Source: Parcubacteria bacterium C7867-001 (GTDB lineage Bacteria > Patescibacteriota > Minisyncoccia > Phycocordibacterales > Phycocordibacteraceae). Taken from it: a stretch of DNA of 64,000 bases. The DNA is taken from NCBI GenBank assembly GCA_001189095.1, contig LFCK01000001.1, positions 149,251 through 213,250 on the forward strand. Reading direction: 5' to 3'. Below the pieces are notes generated by a model. It was not told the DNA's origin, did not search any database, and was given only the letters and a program-made list of their open reading frames with translations. The position numbers were made by a program, and so were the translations under genes. Shown here piece after piece: positions 28,910 to 38,905 of the stretch (its first letter is position 1; each line of letters starts with the position of its first letter).

Positions 28910-29542
28910 TTATATGAGGTTTTCAATTGAGTTGATGCCGTCCGGAATTTTCTTTCGTGTACGAAGTATATGGAACGCCAACTCGATTCCGCCAAGCGCA
29001 TACGGACGCAGTCCGCGTACGGTAGTTGAAAATCCTATCTCGACATCAGCGCTGCGCAAGACGATATCGTGCTCTGCGTGGACTTTTGAATTTTTTCGTA
29101 TCGAGCGTATCTCTCGAGCGGGAATACCGGAACGTTCTGCGAGCAAGCGGGCGGTGCCAGCAACGCTATCTTTACTCTTTTGGTGAGATTCTGATAGCGC
29201 GGCCACCATCCCCATAGTTCGTAGGGTTTTTACAATGCGTGGAATATCACGCATGAAGATAAGCATAGGAATTGAGAGATTCGGTGCAAGCAGGATAGGG
29301 CAGCGTGGTCTCTTCGGTAAAAGATTTTCTTGGCCGGTCGCTGCCTGTATGAGCGGGACTCGATATTTTTCGCACCATGCTACGAGATCGGAGAATTGTC
29401 GGCCGCTACCTGTATGTATAGCGATCGCATCTATGTCCGGTTCAAGTGTCGTGGTCCAGACTGCGCTGCGCACGCGTTTACGCTTACATTCCTTGCGAAG
29501 GGCGCCTGCCAGCTTTCCATTTCCAGCGATGAAGATTTGCAT
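28910..29542 (-). CDS. Dihydrodipicolinate reductase-like protein
   Basis: IAGNGKLA Rossmann motif, ATG, APNLS, ESHQKSKDSVAGTA, YALG. Confidence 0.75.
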   Translation of the reverse strand: MQIFIAGNGKLAGALRKECKRKRVRSAVWTTTLEPDIDAIAIHTGSGRQFSDLVAWCEKYRVPLIQAATGQENLLPKRPRCPILLAPNLSIPMLIFMRDIPRIVKTLRTMGMVAALSESHQKSKDSVAGTARLLAERSGIPAREIRSIRKNSKVHAEHDIVLRSADVEIGFSTTVRGLRPYALGGIELAFHILRTRKKIPDGINSIENLI

Positions 29543-29543
29543 G

Positions 29544-29624
29544 TGCCGAGGGAGAGACTCGAACTCTCAATCCGTGAGGAAGTGGGTTTTGAATCCACCG
29601 CGTATACCATTCCGCCACCCCGGC
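29544..29624 (-). tRNA. tRNA-Leu(CAA)
   Basis: ttCAAaa loop, variable arm, GTTCGAGTC. Confidence 0.93.
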
Positions 29625-29686
29625 TTTGGATTTCACCATAGCATTTTGCGCTCCCTTTTTCACGAGCGTGATAGAATACCTGCATT

Positions 29687-30685
29687 ATGCAAGAAAAGAA
29701 TCCTAGTTTTGGCGAACCAACGCGCTACGACTCTATTTTCTGGGTCGAAGTCGATAAGATAGAGCCCAATCCATTCCAGCCGCGTAAAGAGTTCGACGAG
29801 GAGCGTTTGAAAGCACTCGCAGAATCCATCCGTCAGTACGGCGTTCTTCAGCCACTTACGGTCACACGAAAGGAGGTGGAGAAGTTCGGTGGAGGACTCG
29901 AGACTCGCTATGAGCTTATCGCCGGCGAGCGTCGTCTGCGCGCCTCAAAATTAATCGGTCTGCGTGAAGTGCCGGTCGTCATTCGTGTTGGCGAGAATAC
30001 CGATGGCATGAAGCTCGAGCTCGCAATCATCGAGAATCTTCAGCGTGAAGATCTCAACGCTATCGATCGCGCCCGCGCGCTTGCGCAGCTCGTCGAGGAG
30101 TTCCATCTCCCTCACTCAGAAGTCGCAGCAAAGATAGGTCGTAGTCGTGAATTCGTAAGTAACTCCATACGCCTCCTTGCGCTCCCAGACTCCATCCAAC
30201 AGGCCGTTGTCGATAAGGAAATCAGCGAAGGGCACGCACGTGCACTCCTTATGTTGAACGATCGCCCAGAAGAGCGCGACACACTCTTCAAGGAAATTAC
30301 CCTCAAAAAGACGACGGTTCGAATGGTGGAGCAGATGGTGCGTCGCATTGCGACCGATAAGATCCGGAAGTTCGATAAATCTCCTGAAATGATGGAGCTT
30401 GAGAAATCGCTCACTGAAACGCTCGGCACTCGTGTTCTCATCGAAAATCGACCGACCGGAGGTCGTCTCATGATCGAATTCTTCTCGCCGGAAGATCTTT
30501 CAAACATCGTTGCAGCGCTCGCGCAGAAGGAAGCGGAAGCTCGTGCAATGTCGCAAGAGGCTGCGGCTTCAACCAAGGAAATGCCAACGTATCCGAATAC
30601 GACGCATGTGGATGCGGAATCAGGCGTGGTTGCCGAGAAAGCTCCTGAAGAGGATCTCTACTCCATAAAGAACTTCAGCGTCTAA
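29687..30685 (+). CDS. parB: ParB/Spo0J partition protein
   Basis: PNPFQPRK.F, IAGERRLRA, IENLQREDL, HTH, ISEGHARAL. Confidence 0.93.
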   Translation: MQEKNPSFGEPTRYDSIFWVEVDKIEPNPFQPRKEFDEERLKALAESIRQYGVLQPLTVTRKEVEKFGGGLETRYELIAGERRLRASKLIGLREVPVVIRVGENTDGMKLELAIIENLQREDLNAIDRARALAQLVEEFHLPHSEVAAKIGRSREFVSNSIRLLALPDSIQQAVVDKEISEGHARALLMLNDRPEERDTLFKEITLKKTTVRMVEQMVRRIATDKIRKFDKSPEMMELEKSLTETLGTRVLIENRPTGGRLMIEFFSPEDLSNIVAALAQKEAEARAMSQEAAASTKEMPTYPNTTHVDAESGVVAEKAPEEDLYSIKNFSV

Positions 30686-30687
30686 CG

Positions 30688-32316
30688 CTAGGCTTTTGTT
30701 TTTCGGGCAGAACGAGGGCGTCTTCGCAAAATGCGTGAGTCCGCTTTCGGTGCGGGGCCTGCGCCGCGCTCGGTGATTTCGAGCGAAGAACGGATGTGTC
30801 GACGCGCAAGCGAGGTGCGCGCATAGTCGAGCCATTTCGTGGTCGGGTGCGAGGACTCACGCGTAAGGATTTCAACGATATCGCCATTGTGAAGAGTGGT
30901 TTCAAAGGACACGAGTTTGCCATTCACTTTCACTCCCTGCATGTGATCGCCCAAATCGCTATGAATGGCATAGGCGAAATCAACCGGCGTAGAGTTTACG
31001 GGAAGGTCAACAACATCGCCTTTTGGTGTGAAGACGAATACGCGATGAGAGAAGAAATCTTCTTTAAGACCGGCAACGAATTCCGATGACTCCGCAATCG
31101 ACGCATGAGCATCGGCGATGTCGGTAAGCCAGCGTGGCGCCGAGTCCGTTTTCTTTTTCGAACTTGGTTTTCCTTGAACGACAGGTGGGGGAGGAGTCTT
31201 CTTGGAGAAATTGAGGAGTGTCGGAAGGAGGTCGCGAATCCACGCGAACGAAAGCACCTCGAATGCCCCTTTTCCTGCAGCTTTCCCGAGCTGCTTGTAC
31301 GACATGTGGGACGCGATACCGAACCGAGCGTGCTGGTGCATCGCTTCGGTCCGTACTTGAATTTCAACGATGCCAGCGTCTCCGGTTACCACCGTCGTAT
31401 GGAGCGACTGGTAGCCATTCGGCTTTTCGAACGCGATGTAGTCCTTGAACTCCCCCGGAAGCGGTTTCCAGAGTGAATGGATAACGCCAAGGGCGGTGTA
31501 ACAATCGTCGACGGTCTTGACGATGACGCGTAGTGCCGCGATGTCGTGAATCTGGGTGATGTCGTCGTTCTTGCGCTTTAGTTTCTGGTGAAGGCTCCAG
31601 TATCCCTTCATGCGAACTTCCGTTTTGAATTCCGTAAGGCCTTTTTTGGCAAGATTTTTCTGAAGCTCGCGCTTTACCTTGAGAAGCCCTGTCTCAGTTT
31701 CTTTGGCGGCAAGTTTACGGACTTCGACCGTGTGCTGGTAGGCGTCAGGATCAATGACGGGGAACGCCATATCCTCAAGGTCGCGCTTCACACGTCCCAT
31801 ACCGAGTCGGTCAGCGAGCGGTGCGTAGATTTCAAGTGTTTCAAGCGCGATGCGTTTCCGTTTTACTTCCGGTACATGCTCGATGGTCGTCATGTTGTGA
31901 TATCGGTCTGCAAGCTTCACAACGAGCACGCGCACATCCTCGCTCGTCGCGACGAGAAGGCGACGCAATGATTCAGCGTGACGTTCTGCTCCGCGGTATT
32001 TGTGCTTGCCCAGTTTTGTGACGCCCTCAACGAGGAAGAGGACTTCCGGTCCGAATTCTTTTTTCACTTCTTCTGCACTCGCGCGTGCGTCTTCAATGGC
32101 GTCATGGAGAAGTCCTGCGGCAACCGTCGCGGCGTCCATGCCCATTTCCGCAAGAAGTTTTGCGGTTGCGGCTGGATGTATGAAGTACGGCTCACCCGAG
32201 TAGCGGGTATGGCCTTCGTGCGCTTTTTTTCCGAACTCGTACGCACGCTCCACGAGCGCGCGGCCTTCGTCCGAAGGTGACTGCATTGCCCCCAGAATCT
32301 CCTTGACTGAGGTCAT
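30688..32316 (-). CDS. relA: RelA/SpoT (p)ppGpp synthetase/hydrolase
   Basis: HD motif (LLHDAIED), KPNGYQSLHT, EIQVRT, TGS domain. Confidence 0.9.
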   Translation of the reverse strand: MTSVKEILGAMQSPSDEGRALVERAYEFGKKAHEGHTRYSGEPYFIHPAATAKLLAEMGMDAATVAAGLLHDAIEDARASAEEVKKEFGPEVLFLVEGVTKLGKHKYRGAERHAESLRRLLVATSEDVRVLVVKLADRYHNMTTIEHVPEVKRKRIALETLEIYAPLADRLGMGRVKRDLEDMAFPVIDPDAYQHTVEVRKLAAKETETGLLKVKRELQKNLAKKGLTEFKTEVRMKGYWSLHQKLKRKNDDITQIHDIAALRVIVKTVDDCYTALGVIHSLWKPLPGEFKDYIAFEKPNGYQSLHTTVVTGDAGIVEIQVRTEAMHQHARFGIASHMSYKQLGKAAGKGAFEVLSFAWIRDLLPTLLNFSKKTPPPPVVQGKPSSKKKTDSAPRWLTDIADAHASIAESSEFVAGLKEDFFSHRVFVFTPKGDVVDLPVNSTPVDFAYAIHSDLGDHMQGVKVNGKLVSFETTLHNGDIVEILTRESSHPTTKWLDYARTSLARRHIRSSLEITERGAGPAPKADSRILRRRPRSARKTKA

Positions 32317-32379
32317 GGTTAGAAGCATACTAAACGCTTCGCGCTTTTCAAAGCGTGGATAGATACGGGAGAGAAAGAG

Positions 32380-32631
32380 ATGCTCTCATGTGCTTATTGC
32401 GGTCACGAGATCGAAGACCAAAAATTCGACCGCTGTCCGAACTGCAAACGTCCGGTCAGCTACGCCTCAGTTGCTGCGTCCACCCAAACCTGCTCATGGT
32501 GCGGGGGCAAAGGCCACTCCGGTGAGGAGTGCGGAAACGCGATGGAAGGAGGCAAACGCTCCGTCCCATCAAGCTCAAAATCCGAAGGGTATGGCGAGCC
32601 GGCGAACGTGCGGAACTATCCGCTCATCTAG
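32380..32631 (+). CDS. Small zinc-finger protein
   Basis: CAYC...CPNC plus a CX2CX4HX4C knuckle; purine-rich RBS. Confidence 0.65.
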   Translation: MLSCAYCGHEIEDQKFDRCPNCKRPVSYASVAASTQTCSWCGGKGHSGEECGNAMEGGKRSVPSSSKSEGYGEPANVRNYPLI

Positions 32632-32681
32632 ATTTAAACTTGTTGATTGCAGAACGCGCCGCTTTGCGGCGCGTCTTTCTT

Positions 32682-35072
32682 TTACTTCAGATAGTCAGCT
32701 GCTTCGTCTGGCGTCACTGATTCGGGTTCGGTGCCTTCGGGGAGATAGATGCGCCGCAAGCCTTTCTTAAGGAAAAGACCCTGCTTTGATTTGTAGAGTG
32801 TGAGCATTTTTCCACTCTTTGGGTGCTTGCCGATTTCGCGAATGATGGTGACGCCGCGTGGTGGCGCTTTCGGTGTTGCGAATATCTCGATAGCGCGCGC
32901 AAGCGTGACGGTATACGGATCGTCCGGCTTCTTAAGCGAGCGGAATTCGGTTTGATGCACGACAAACGGACCGAAGCGACCGATACCCGCAGTGATGATT
33001 TCACCAGTCTCTGGGTGTGGGCCAAGCGCACGCGGAAGGGAAAGGTATTTGATTGCGTCCTCAAGCGTTATCGACGCGAGATCGGTACCTGGTGGCACAG
33101 TCGCGCGCTTCACGTTCGCTTTCGGTTTCTTTGTGCGGGTTTTGCGCGGCTTCCCGCTCTTGGTGAGAGCTGGTTTCTCTTCAGCTGGCGCTTCAGATTC
33201 CGGAAGAATCATCTCGATGTAGGGGCCATAGCGACCGGTTCGTACGAAAATTGGATATCCAGATTCAGGATGCATGCCTATTGGCTCGTCACTCTTGAGC
33301 TCGGTGCCGTCTTCTTGGCGTGCGCCCTTGCATTCAGGGTAGGTGGTGCAGCTCATGAATATGCCGCCGCGGCCGAGCTTGAATTCCATAGAAGCGCCGC
33401 AGAGCGGACACGGGAATTCCTTTGGCGCTGCACCAAGCGCGGTTGCTTTCGGAAGCTTGTCGCCCTCGCCGACGGCCTTATGAAAAGGACCATAGAACTC
33501 GCGGAGTGTCGGTTCATACTTGCGTTCACCGCGAGCGATTTCATCGAGGTTGTCTTCCATTTCTGCAGTGAAGGAATCGCTAATGTACTCTGCGAAGTGC
33601 TCTTCGAGCCAGCCAGATACCACCATACCGGTAGCGGTCGGCGTGAGCGTCCGTCCGGTCTTCTCGACGTAGCCGCGGTCTTGAATGGTTTTCATAATGG
33701 ATGCGTACGTCGATGGGCGTCCGATACCGCGCTTCTCAAGTTCCTTCACGAGTCCGGCTTCCGTGTAGCGATTCGGTGGTTCGGTTTGCTTTTCTGTTGA
33801 GATAAGCGAAATGAGATCGAGCGATTCGCCGATTACGAGCTTCGGAAGTTCAACATCTTCACCGCGCGCACGTGTATCGAGCGCGAGCCAGCCGGGGAAC
33901 ATGACACGCGAACCGTTCGCGGCGAACAAAGGAATGTCTGCGTCTGCTTTTGCTTCCACCTTCGTGCGCATCACTTTCGCTGGCGCCATCTGGGACGCGA
34001 GTGTGCGAATACGGATGAGTTCGTAGAGATTTTGTTCGTCGCCCGGTGTTCCTGCGGTTTTCTTCGAGGGGTCGGTTGGACGCACTGCTTCGTGGGCCTC
34101 CTGCGCGTTCTTACTCTTTGTTTTATAGGCACGCGCCTGCACGTACTCTTTGCCAAATTCTTTCTCAACTTCGCCACACATCTTTGCGACCGCTTCCTTT
34201 GCGAGGTTCACCGAGTCCGTGCGCATGTACGTAATGTGGCCTGCTTCATAGAGCTTCTGCGCAGCGCGCATGGTGCGACTTGGCGAGAATCCAAGACGAG
34301 TCGACGCAGCCTGCTGAAGAGTCGACGTTGTGAATGGTGGACGAGGATTGCGTTCTTCAGCGCGTTCAGTCACATCTGCGACCGTCCATGCCGCTTTTGT
34401 GCCAAGCTCGACGATTTTGTCGGCCTCTTCCTTGGTTTTTGGCTGTTCGGCACACGTTGCAGGGAACTGACCTCCCTTTCCCTTAAAGAGAGCGTCCAGA
34501 ACGAAGTAAATCTCCGGAATGAAGGCTTTTATTTCGCGTTCGCGTTCGGCAAGAATGCGAAGTGCGGGGGATTGCACGCGACCGGCTGAAAGGCCATAGC
34601 GAACCTTTTTCCAGATAAGGCCGGAGAGGTCGTACCCCACGATACGGTCGAGCACGCGACGGGCTTCCTGCGCTTCGCGCAGGTTTTCATCGATATGGCG
34701 GGGATGCTTAATGGCTTCCTGAATTGCCTCCTTGGTGATTTCGTGGAAAACCACGCGCTTGGGCTTTTTGAGACCAACCGCTTCCTTTATATGCCACGCA
34801 ATGGCCTCACCCTCGCGGTCGGGGTCAGTCGCAAGATAGACCTCGTCGGCCTTTCCGGCTGCAGTCTTGATCTTCGCGATGACGTCGCGCTTGTCTGGAG
34901 AGATGACGTATTTCGGCACAAAGCCGCCCTCGATATCGACGGCGTCCTTGTTACTCTTCGGTAGGTCGCGTACGTGGCCGACCGATGCAAGAACCTCGAA
35001 TTCTTTTCCGAGATACGCACCAATCGTTCGCGCTTTCGCTGGCGACTCTACTATTAATAGTGTTTTGCTCAC
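32682..35072 (-). CDS. topA: DNA topoisomerase I
   Basis: LIVESPAK, DPDREGE, SAGRVQS, ITYMRTDS, GIGRPSTY. Confidence 0.97.
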   Translation of the reverse strand: MSKTLLIVESPAKARTIGAYLGKEFEVLASVGHVRDLPKSNKDAVDIEGGFVPKYVISPDKRDVIAKIKTAAGKADEVYLATDPDREGEAIAWHIKEAVGLKKPKRVVFHEITKEAIQEAIKHPRHIDENLREAQEARRVLDRIVGYDLSGLIWKKVRYGLSAGRVQSPALRILAEREREIKAFIPEIYFVLDALFKGKGGQFPATCAEQPKTKEEADKIVELGTKAAWTVADVTERAEERNPRPPFTTSTLQQAASTRLGFSPSRTMRAAQKLYEAGHITYMRTDSVNLAKEAVAKMCGEVEKEFGKEYVQARAYKTKSKNAQEAHEAVRPTDPSKKTAGTPGDEQNLYELIRIRTLASQMAPAKVMRTKVEAKADADIPLFAANGSRVMFPGWLALDTRARGEDVELPKLVIGESLDLISLISTEKQTEPPNRYTEAGLVKELEKRGIGRPSTYASIMKTIQDRGYVEKTGRTLTPTATGMVVSGWLEEHFAEYISDSFTAEMEDNLDEIARGERKYEPTLREFYGPFHKAVGEGDKLPKATALGAAPKEFPCPLCGASMEFKLGRGGIFMSCTTYPECKGARQEDGTELKSDEPIGMHPESGYPIFVRTGRYGPYIEMILPESEAPAEEKPALTKSGKPRKTRTKKPKANVKRATVPPGTDLASITLEDAIKYLSLPRALGPHPETGEIITAGIGRFGPFVVHQTEFRSLKKPDDPYTVTLARAIEIFATPKAPPRGVTIIREIGKHPKSGKMLTLYKSKQGLFLKKGLRRIYLPEGTEPESVTPDEAADYLK

Positions 35073-35215
35073 GAGTTAAGGAATAACGCGATACCTTATA
35101 TATTGTCAACTCGCGCGCTTATCGAAACACGCTCGTTCGAGCTAAGAAGCTCTCGCTTTTGTGTTTCGTCGCTTGCCTCCCCATAAGAATGGGGACCCCA
35201 AAGAAAAGAAATATT

Positions 35216-36067
35216 TTAAGTACGACGCCATGCACCGAATTCTTCTTTCAAAACACCTTTTAGTTCAAGCATAACGAGTGCGGATAGCGCATCGGATGGA
35301 GTAAGTCTCGACGCACGGATGAGTTCGTCTTTTGGCACCGGTTCGTCGAGGAGTTCGTAGATAATTCTTTCGTTTCCTTCGAGTTTGATGTCAGCACGCG
35401 CGCCTTCGGCGCGCGGGTCTATGCCGAGCGCTTCCAAAATGTGCGATGATTCCGCAACAAGTCCTGCACCAAGACGAATGAAGAGATTTGCTCCGAATCC
35501 ATGCGGATCTCCGATGCGGTGCGGAACGCATAAAAGGTCACGATTGTATTCATGAGCGAGACGCGCCGTAATGAGAGTTCCGGATTTCTCCCCGGCCTCG
35601 ATAACAAGAATCGCGTCGGCGAGTCCGACCATAATCCGGTTTCGTGAAGGGAAATCATAGGCTGCTGGCTTGTAGTCTTCGGGATGTTCCGAAAGAAGGA
35701 GTCCGTCCGCTTTAAGAATGTCTTTAGCAAGTCCCACATTCGTCCGCGGGTAAATGGCGGAGTCGCCAAGACCCGAACCGGGAACCGCAATCGTATGAAG
35801 CCCAGCTTTGAGTGCAGCCCTGTGCGCTTCCGCATCTGTGCCGAGCGCGAGCCCCGAGATTATGGAAATCGGGTAACCAGCGAGTCCTGAAATAAGTTTG
35901 TGGCATGCCTCACGTCCGTAGCTCGAAAGTGCCCGAGAACCCACAACGGCAAGGCGTTTCGTTCCAGCTGCGGGCCACACTCCGCGCATCCAGAGTTTCT
36001 TTGGTGCTCCCGGAATTTCCGCGAGGCTTTTCGGGTAGCCGGTAGTTCCAAGCTCGACCGTATCCAT
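35216..36067 (-). CDS. dprA: DNA-processing protein DprA
   Basis: AVVGSR, ISGLALGTD..AH, FPSRNRI, EA..KSG.LITA. Confidence 0.95.
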   Translation of the reverse strand: MDTVELGTTGYPKSLAEIPGAPKKLWMRGVWPAAGTKRLAVVGSRALSSYGREACHKLISGLAGYPISIISGLALGTDAEAHRAALKAGLHTIAVPGSGLGDSAIYPRTNVGLAKDILKADGLLLSEHPEDYKPAAYDFPSRNRIMVGLADAILVIEAGEKSGTLITARLAHEYNRDLLCVPHRIGDPHGFGANLFIRLGAGLVAESSHILEALGIDPRAEGARADIKLEGNERIIYELLDEPVPKDELIRASRLTPSDALSALVMLELKGVLKEEFGAWRRT

Positions 36068-36119
36068 AGGAATAGTATGCACCATACAAAAAGCGCGCGG
36101 CAAAGCCGCGCGCTTGTGT

Positions 36120-36431
36120 TCAGTTCGGTTCCAGACCGAGCTTCTTCCGCGTGATCGGATCCTTGAGGACTCGTTCAGCGAATTTCGGACCCATTTGGAT
36201 CTTGAGTGTATATTCGGCGATCTCTTCCTTCGTTATCTTGCTGTCGAAATCAGAAAGGCCGTAGGCGCCGCTGATCTTTCCCGCAAGAAGCGAAAAGATC
36301 TGGTCTTCTTCAGTGAGTGCAGCGAAGCGTTCGTCAGCTTTCCGGCAGAGCTCCTGAATTTCCTCAGTGCTAAGACGTGGCCCGTCAGGCGCTAAGCCCA
36401 ACATAAGGCGCGTGGCTTTCTGTCCATCCAT
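36120..36431 (-). CDS. Hypothetical protein
   Basis: AGGAG SD; terminator at ~36090-36115. Confidence 0.6.
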   Translation of the reverse strand: MDGQKATRLMLGLAPDGPRLSTEEIQELCRKADERFAALTEEDQIFSLLAGKISGAYGLSDFDSKITKEEIAEYTLKIQMGPKFAERVLKDPITRKKLGLEPN

Positions 36432-36516
36432 GGAACATTCTCCTGTGATTGCTCTAACGAAAGTATACCAGCCCACTCTTTAAGTTCGGTCAATTTTGGC
36501 TTATACTCACGAGAAC

Positions 36517-37785
36517 ATGCTCGATATTCATTTCATCCGCGAGAACGTTGATCTCGTGAAGGAGGGCGCGCGCAAGAAGCGGGTGGAGGTCGACGTTGAT
36601 CGCCTTATCGCGGTCGACGATGAGCGCATCAAGCTCCGCCAAGAGCTCGATGAGCGCCGTGCGGAGCAGAATCGCGCAAGCAAGACCATCGCGCTCGCGA
36701 AAGACGAAGAAAGGGAAAAGCTTCTTGAGGCAATGCGTCAGCTGAAGAGCGGCATGGCCGAAATAGAAGAGAAGCACACGAAAGTGATGGAAGAGTGGCA
36801 GAAGCTGATGCTCGAAATTCCGAACCTTCCGGATATTTCCGTTCCAGAAGGCGAAACGGATGCGGACAACAAGGAGGTGAAAGTCTGGGGTGAAATCCCG
36901 CAGTTCGCCTTTGCGCCGAAAGATCACATCGAACTCATGACGAAGAACGGCATGGCAGATTTCGAGCGTGGCGCGAAGGTTGCCGGATTCCGCGGCTACT
37001 TCCTCAAAGGCGATGCGGTGCTTCTCTGGAACGCGCTTAACTCGCTCGCGCTTAAGCACTTCGCGCAAAAAGGATTCGAGCCGATGATCGTTCCGTCGCT
37101 TGTTCGTCGCGAATCATTCCTCGGTACTGGTTTCCTTCCGCAGAGCGAAGAAGATCTTTATAAAACACAGGATGGCGAATATCTCGCCGGTACCGGTGAA
37201 GTTGCCACCATGGGCTACTACATGGACGAAACCATTGAAGCGGCGCAGCTGCCCCTCAAATTCGTTTCGTTCTCGCCATGCTTCCGTCGCGAAGCAGGAA
37301 GCCATAGCAAGGACACCAAGGGTCTCATTCGTGTGCATGAATTCTTCAAATGGGAGCAGGTCATCCTGTGCGAAGCGTCGCATGCTGAATCGGTGAAGCA
37401 TCACGAAGAACTCACGCAGAACTCGGAAGAATTCTTGCAGGCGCTCAATCTCCCCTATCACGTTGTGCTCAACTGTGGGGCGGATCTCGGACTTGGTCAG
37501 GTGAAAAAATACGATATCGAGACGTGGATGCCATCGCAAAATACGTATCGCGAAACGCATTCGTCGTCGTATTTCCATGACTTCCAAACACGTCGTCTCA
37601 ACACGCGCTATCGCGATGCGGAAGGGAAGCTGCAGTTCGCGCATTCGTTGAACAACACCGCTGTTGCAATGCCGCGCGTATTCGCAATGATTGTTGAGAA
37701 TTATCAGCTGGAGGACGGCACTATAAAAGTCCCAGAAATACTCGTTCCTTATGCCGGCAAAGAAGTCTTGGGACGTAAAGCGTGA
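36517..37785 (+). CDS. serS: Serine--tRNA ligase
   Basis: MLDI, N-terminal coiled coil, CFRREAG, GLIRVHEF, HSLNNT. Confidence 0.97.
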   Translation: MLDIHFIRENVDLVKEGARKKRVEVDVDRLIAVDDERIKLRQELDERRAEQNRASKTIALAKDEEREKLLEAMRQLKSGMAEIEEKHTKVMEEWQKLMLEIPNLPDISVPEGETDADNKEVKVWGEIPQFAFAPKDHIELMTKNGMADFERGAKVAGFRGYFLKGDAVLLWNALNSLALKHFAQKGFEPMIVPSLVRRESFLGTGFLPQSEEDLYKTQDGEYLAGTGEVATMGYYMDETIEAAQLPLKFVSFSPCFRREAGSHSKDTKGLIRVHEFFKWEQVILCEASHAESVKHHEELTQNSEEFLQALNLPYHVVLNCGADLGLGQVKKYDIETWMPSQNTYRETHSSSYFHDFQTRRLNTRYRDAEGKLQFAHSLNNTAVAMPRVFAMIVENYQLEDGTIKVPEILVPYAGKEVLGRKA

Positions 37786-38686
37786 GCCAGTAAAAGAGGT
37801 CCGACGTACGCGCGGTAATCCGGCACGTCCGGCCACGCGCACGACGCGCGCAACGGCACGAGCTTCAGCAAAATCCCTCAAAGCCCGACGCTCCTCGGCA
37901 CGCAATGCAGTTTTTGGTGTCACTGCATGTGCGGTGCTACTTATCGTTGGGGGCTGCGTTTTTCTTTTATGGCGACCTGAAGTTCGCATACGCGAGGTGA
38001 CCGCAAACAGCGAGCACGCGTCGAGCATCCAGATGCTTGCGAAGCAGAAGCTTGGTGGAACGTATGCAAATATCATTCCGAAAAACTCAGTCTTCTTCTA
38101 TCCCGAGCACGCGCTTCGCGCAGCTATTCTTGACGCATATCCGGACATCGCTGCGGTTTCCCTCGCACGCTCAGGATTTACGGCGCTTTCCGTAAAAGTA
38201 ATTCCGCGTGTCGCCGCGTTTTGGTGGTGTGGCATTCCCTCTGCGGCAGCAGCAGAAGATACGACCTGCTACGAGGCGGATGCTGAAGGTCTCGTTTTTG
38301 CACCAGTTGTCGAAGGAGATGTGCTTGCGACCTCGACCGCTATTTCAACGCTTCGTATTTATGGTGACCTCGCAACCGCTTCGACCTCGAGTGAGTATCC
38401 ACTACGTGCTCATATGCAGCATGTCGAATCCATTCCAAGCGCGCTGCGTTTTGTGCGCATCATGAATCAGCTACAAGTGCCGGTGGTTTCGCTCGGACTT
38501 CATGACGACGAAGCGGATCTCATCACGCCGACGGGAACGCGTATTACGTATGTGCTCGGTCATGAGGAATCCGCGACGGCGCTCGCGCAAGCCGCATTTC
38601 CAACACTCAATCTCCTCGATGGTTCGATAGAGTACGTTGATCTACGATTTCCCGGAAAGGTGTACTTAAAAAGGCGTTCGGAATAA
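37751..38686 (+). CDS. FtsQ/DivIB-like cell division protein
   Basis: Basic N-terminus, TM, POTRA-like region, C-terminal EYVDLRFPGKVY. Confidence 0.75.
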   Translation: MPAKKSWDVKREPVKEVRRTRGNPARPATRTTRATARASAKSLKARRSSARNAVFGVTACAVLLIVGGCVFLLWRPEVRIREVTANSEHASSIQMLAKQKLGGTYANIIPKNSVFFYPEHALRAAILDAYPDIAAVSLARSGFTALSVKVIPRVAAFWWCGIPSAAAAEDTTCYEADAEGLVFAPVVEGDVLATSTAISTLRIYGDLATASTSSEYPLRAHMQHVESIPSALRFVRIMNQLQVPVVSLGLHDDEADLITPTGTRITYVLGHEESATALAQAAFPTLNLLDGSIEYVDLRFPGKVYLKRRSE

Positions 38687-38836
38687 AGAAAAAGAAAGCA
38701 GCAACGCATTCTAGGGCGCACGAAATTCATAGTCGCGTCTTTTCGAAAAACGAAAAACTCGCTTTGCTCGAACAGTTCCGTTTTTCTCAGTCGCTCGTTG
38801 AATTTCGGCTGCTGGCATGAAGCTTTCTTTTTCTTT
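38687..38836. repeat. Long nested imperfect palindrome
   Basis: aaaagaaagc/gctttctttt, cgaaattca/tgaatttcg and gaaaaacg/cgtttttc arms. Confidence 0.55.
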
Positions 38837-38905
38837 ATTTCTCACTTGGGTGGGAGAAAGATATAAAAAAATCGGCCGGAGCGTAGCTCCGGCCGATAAC
38901 TTCAG

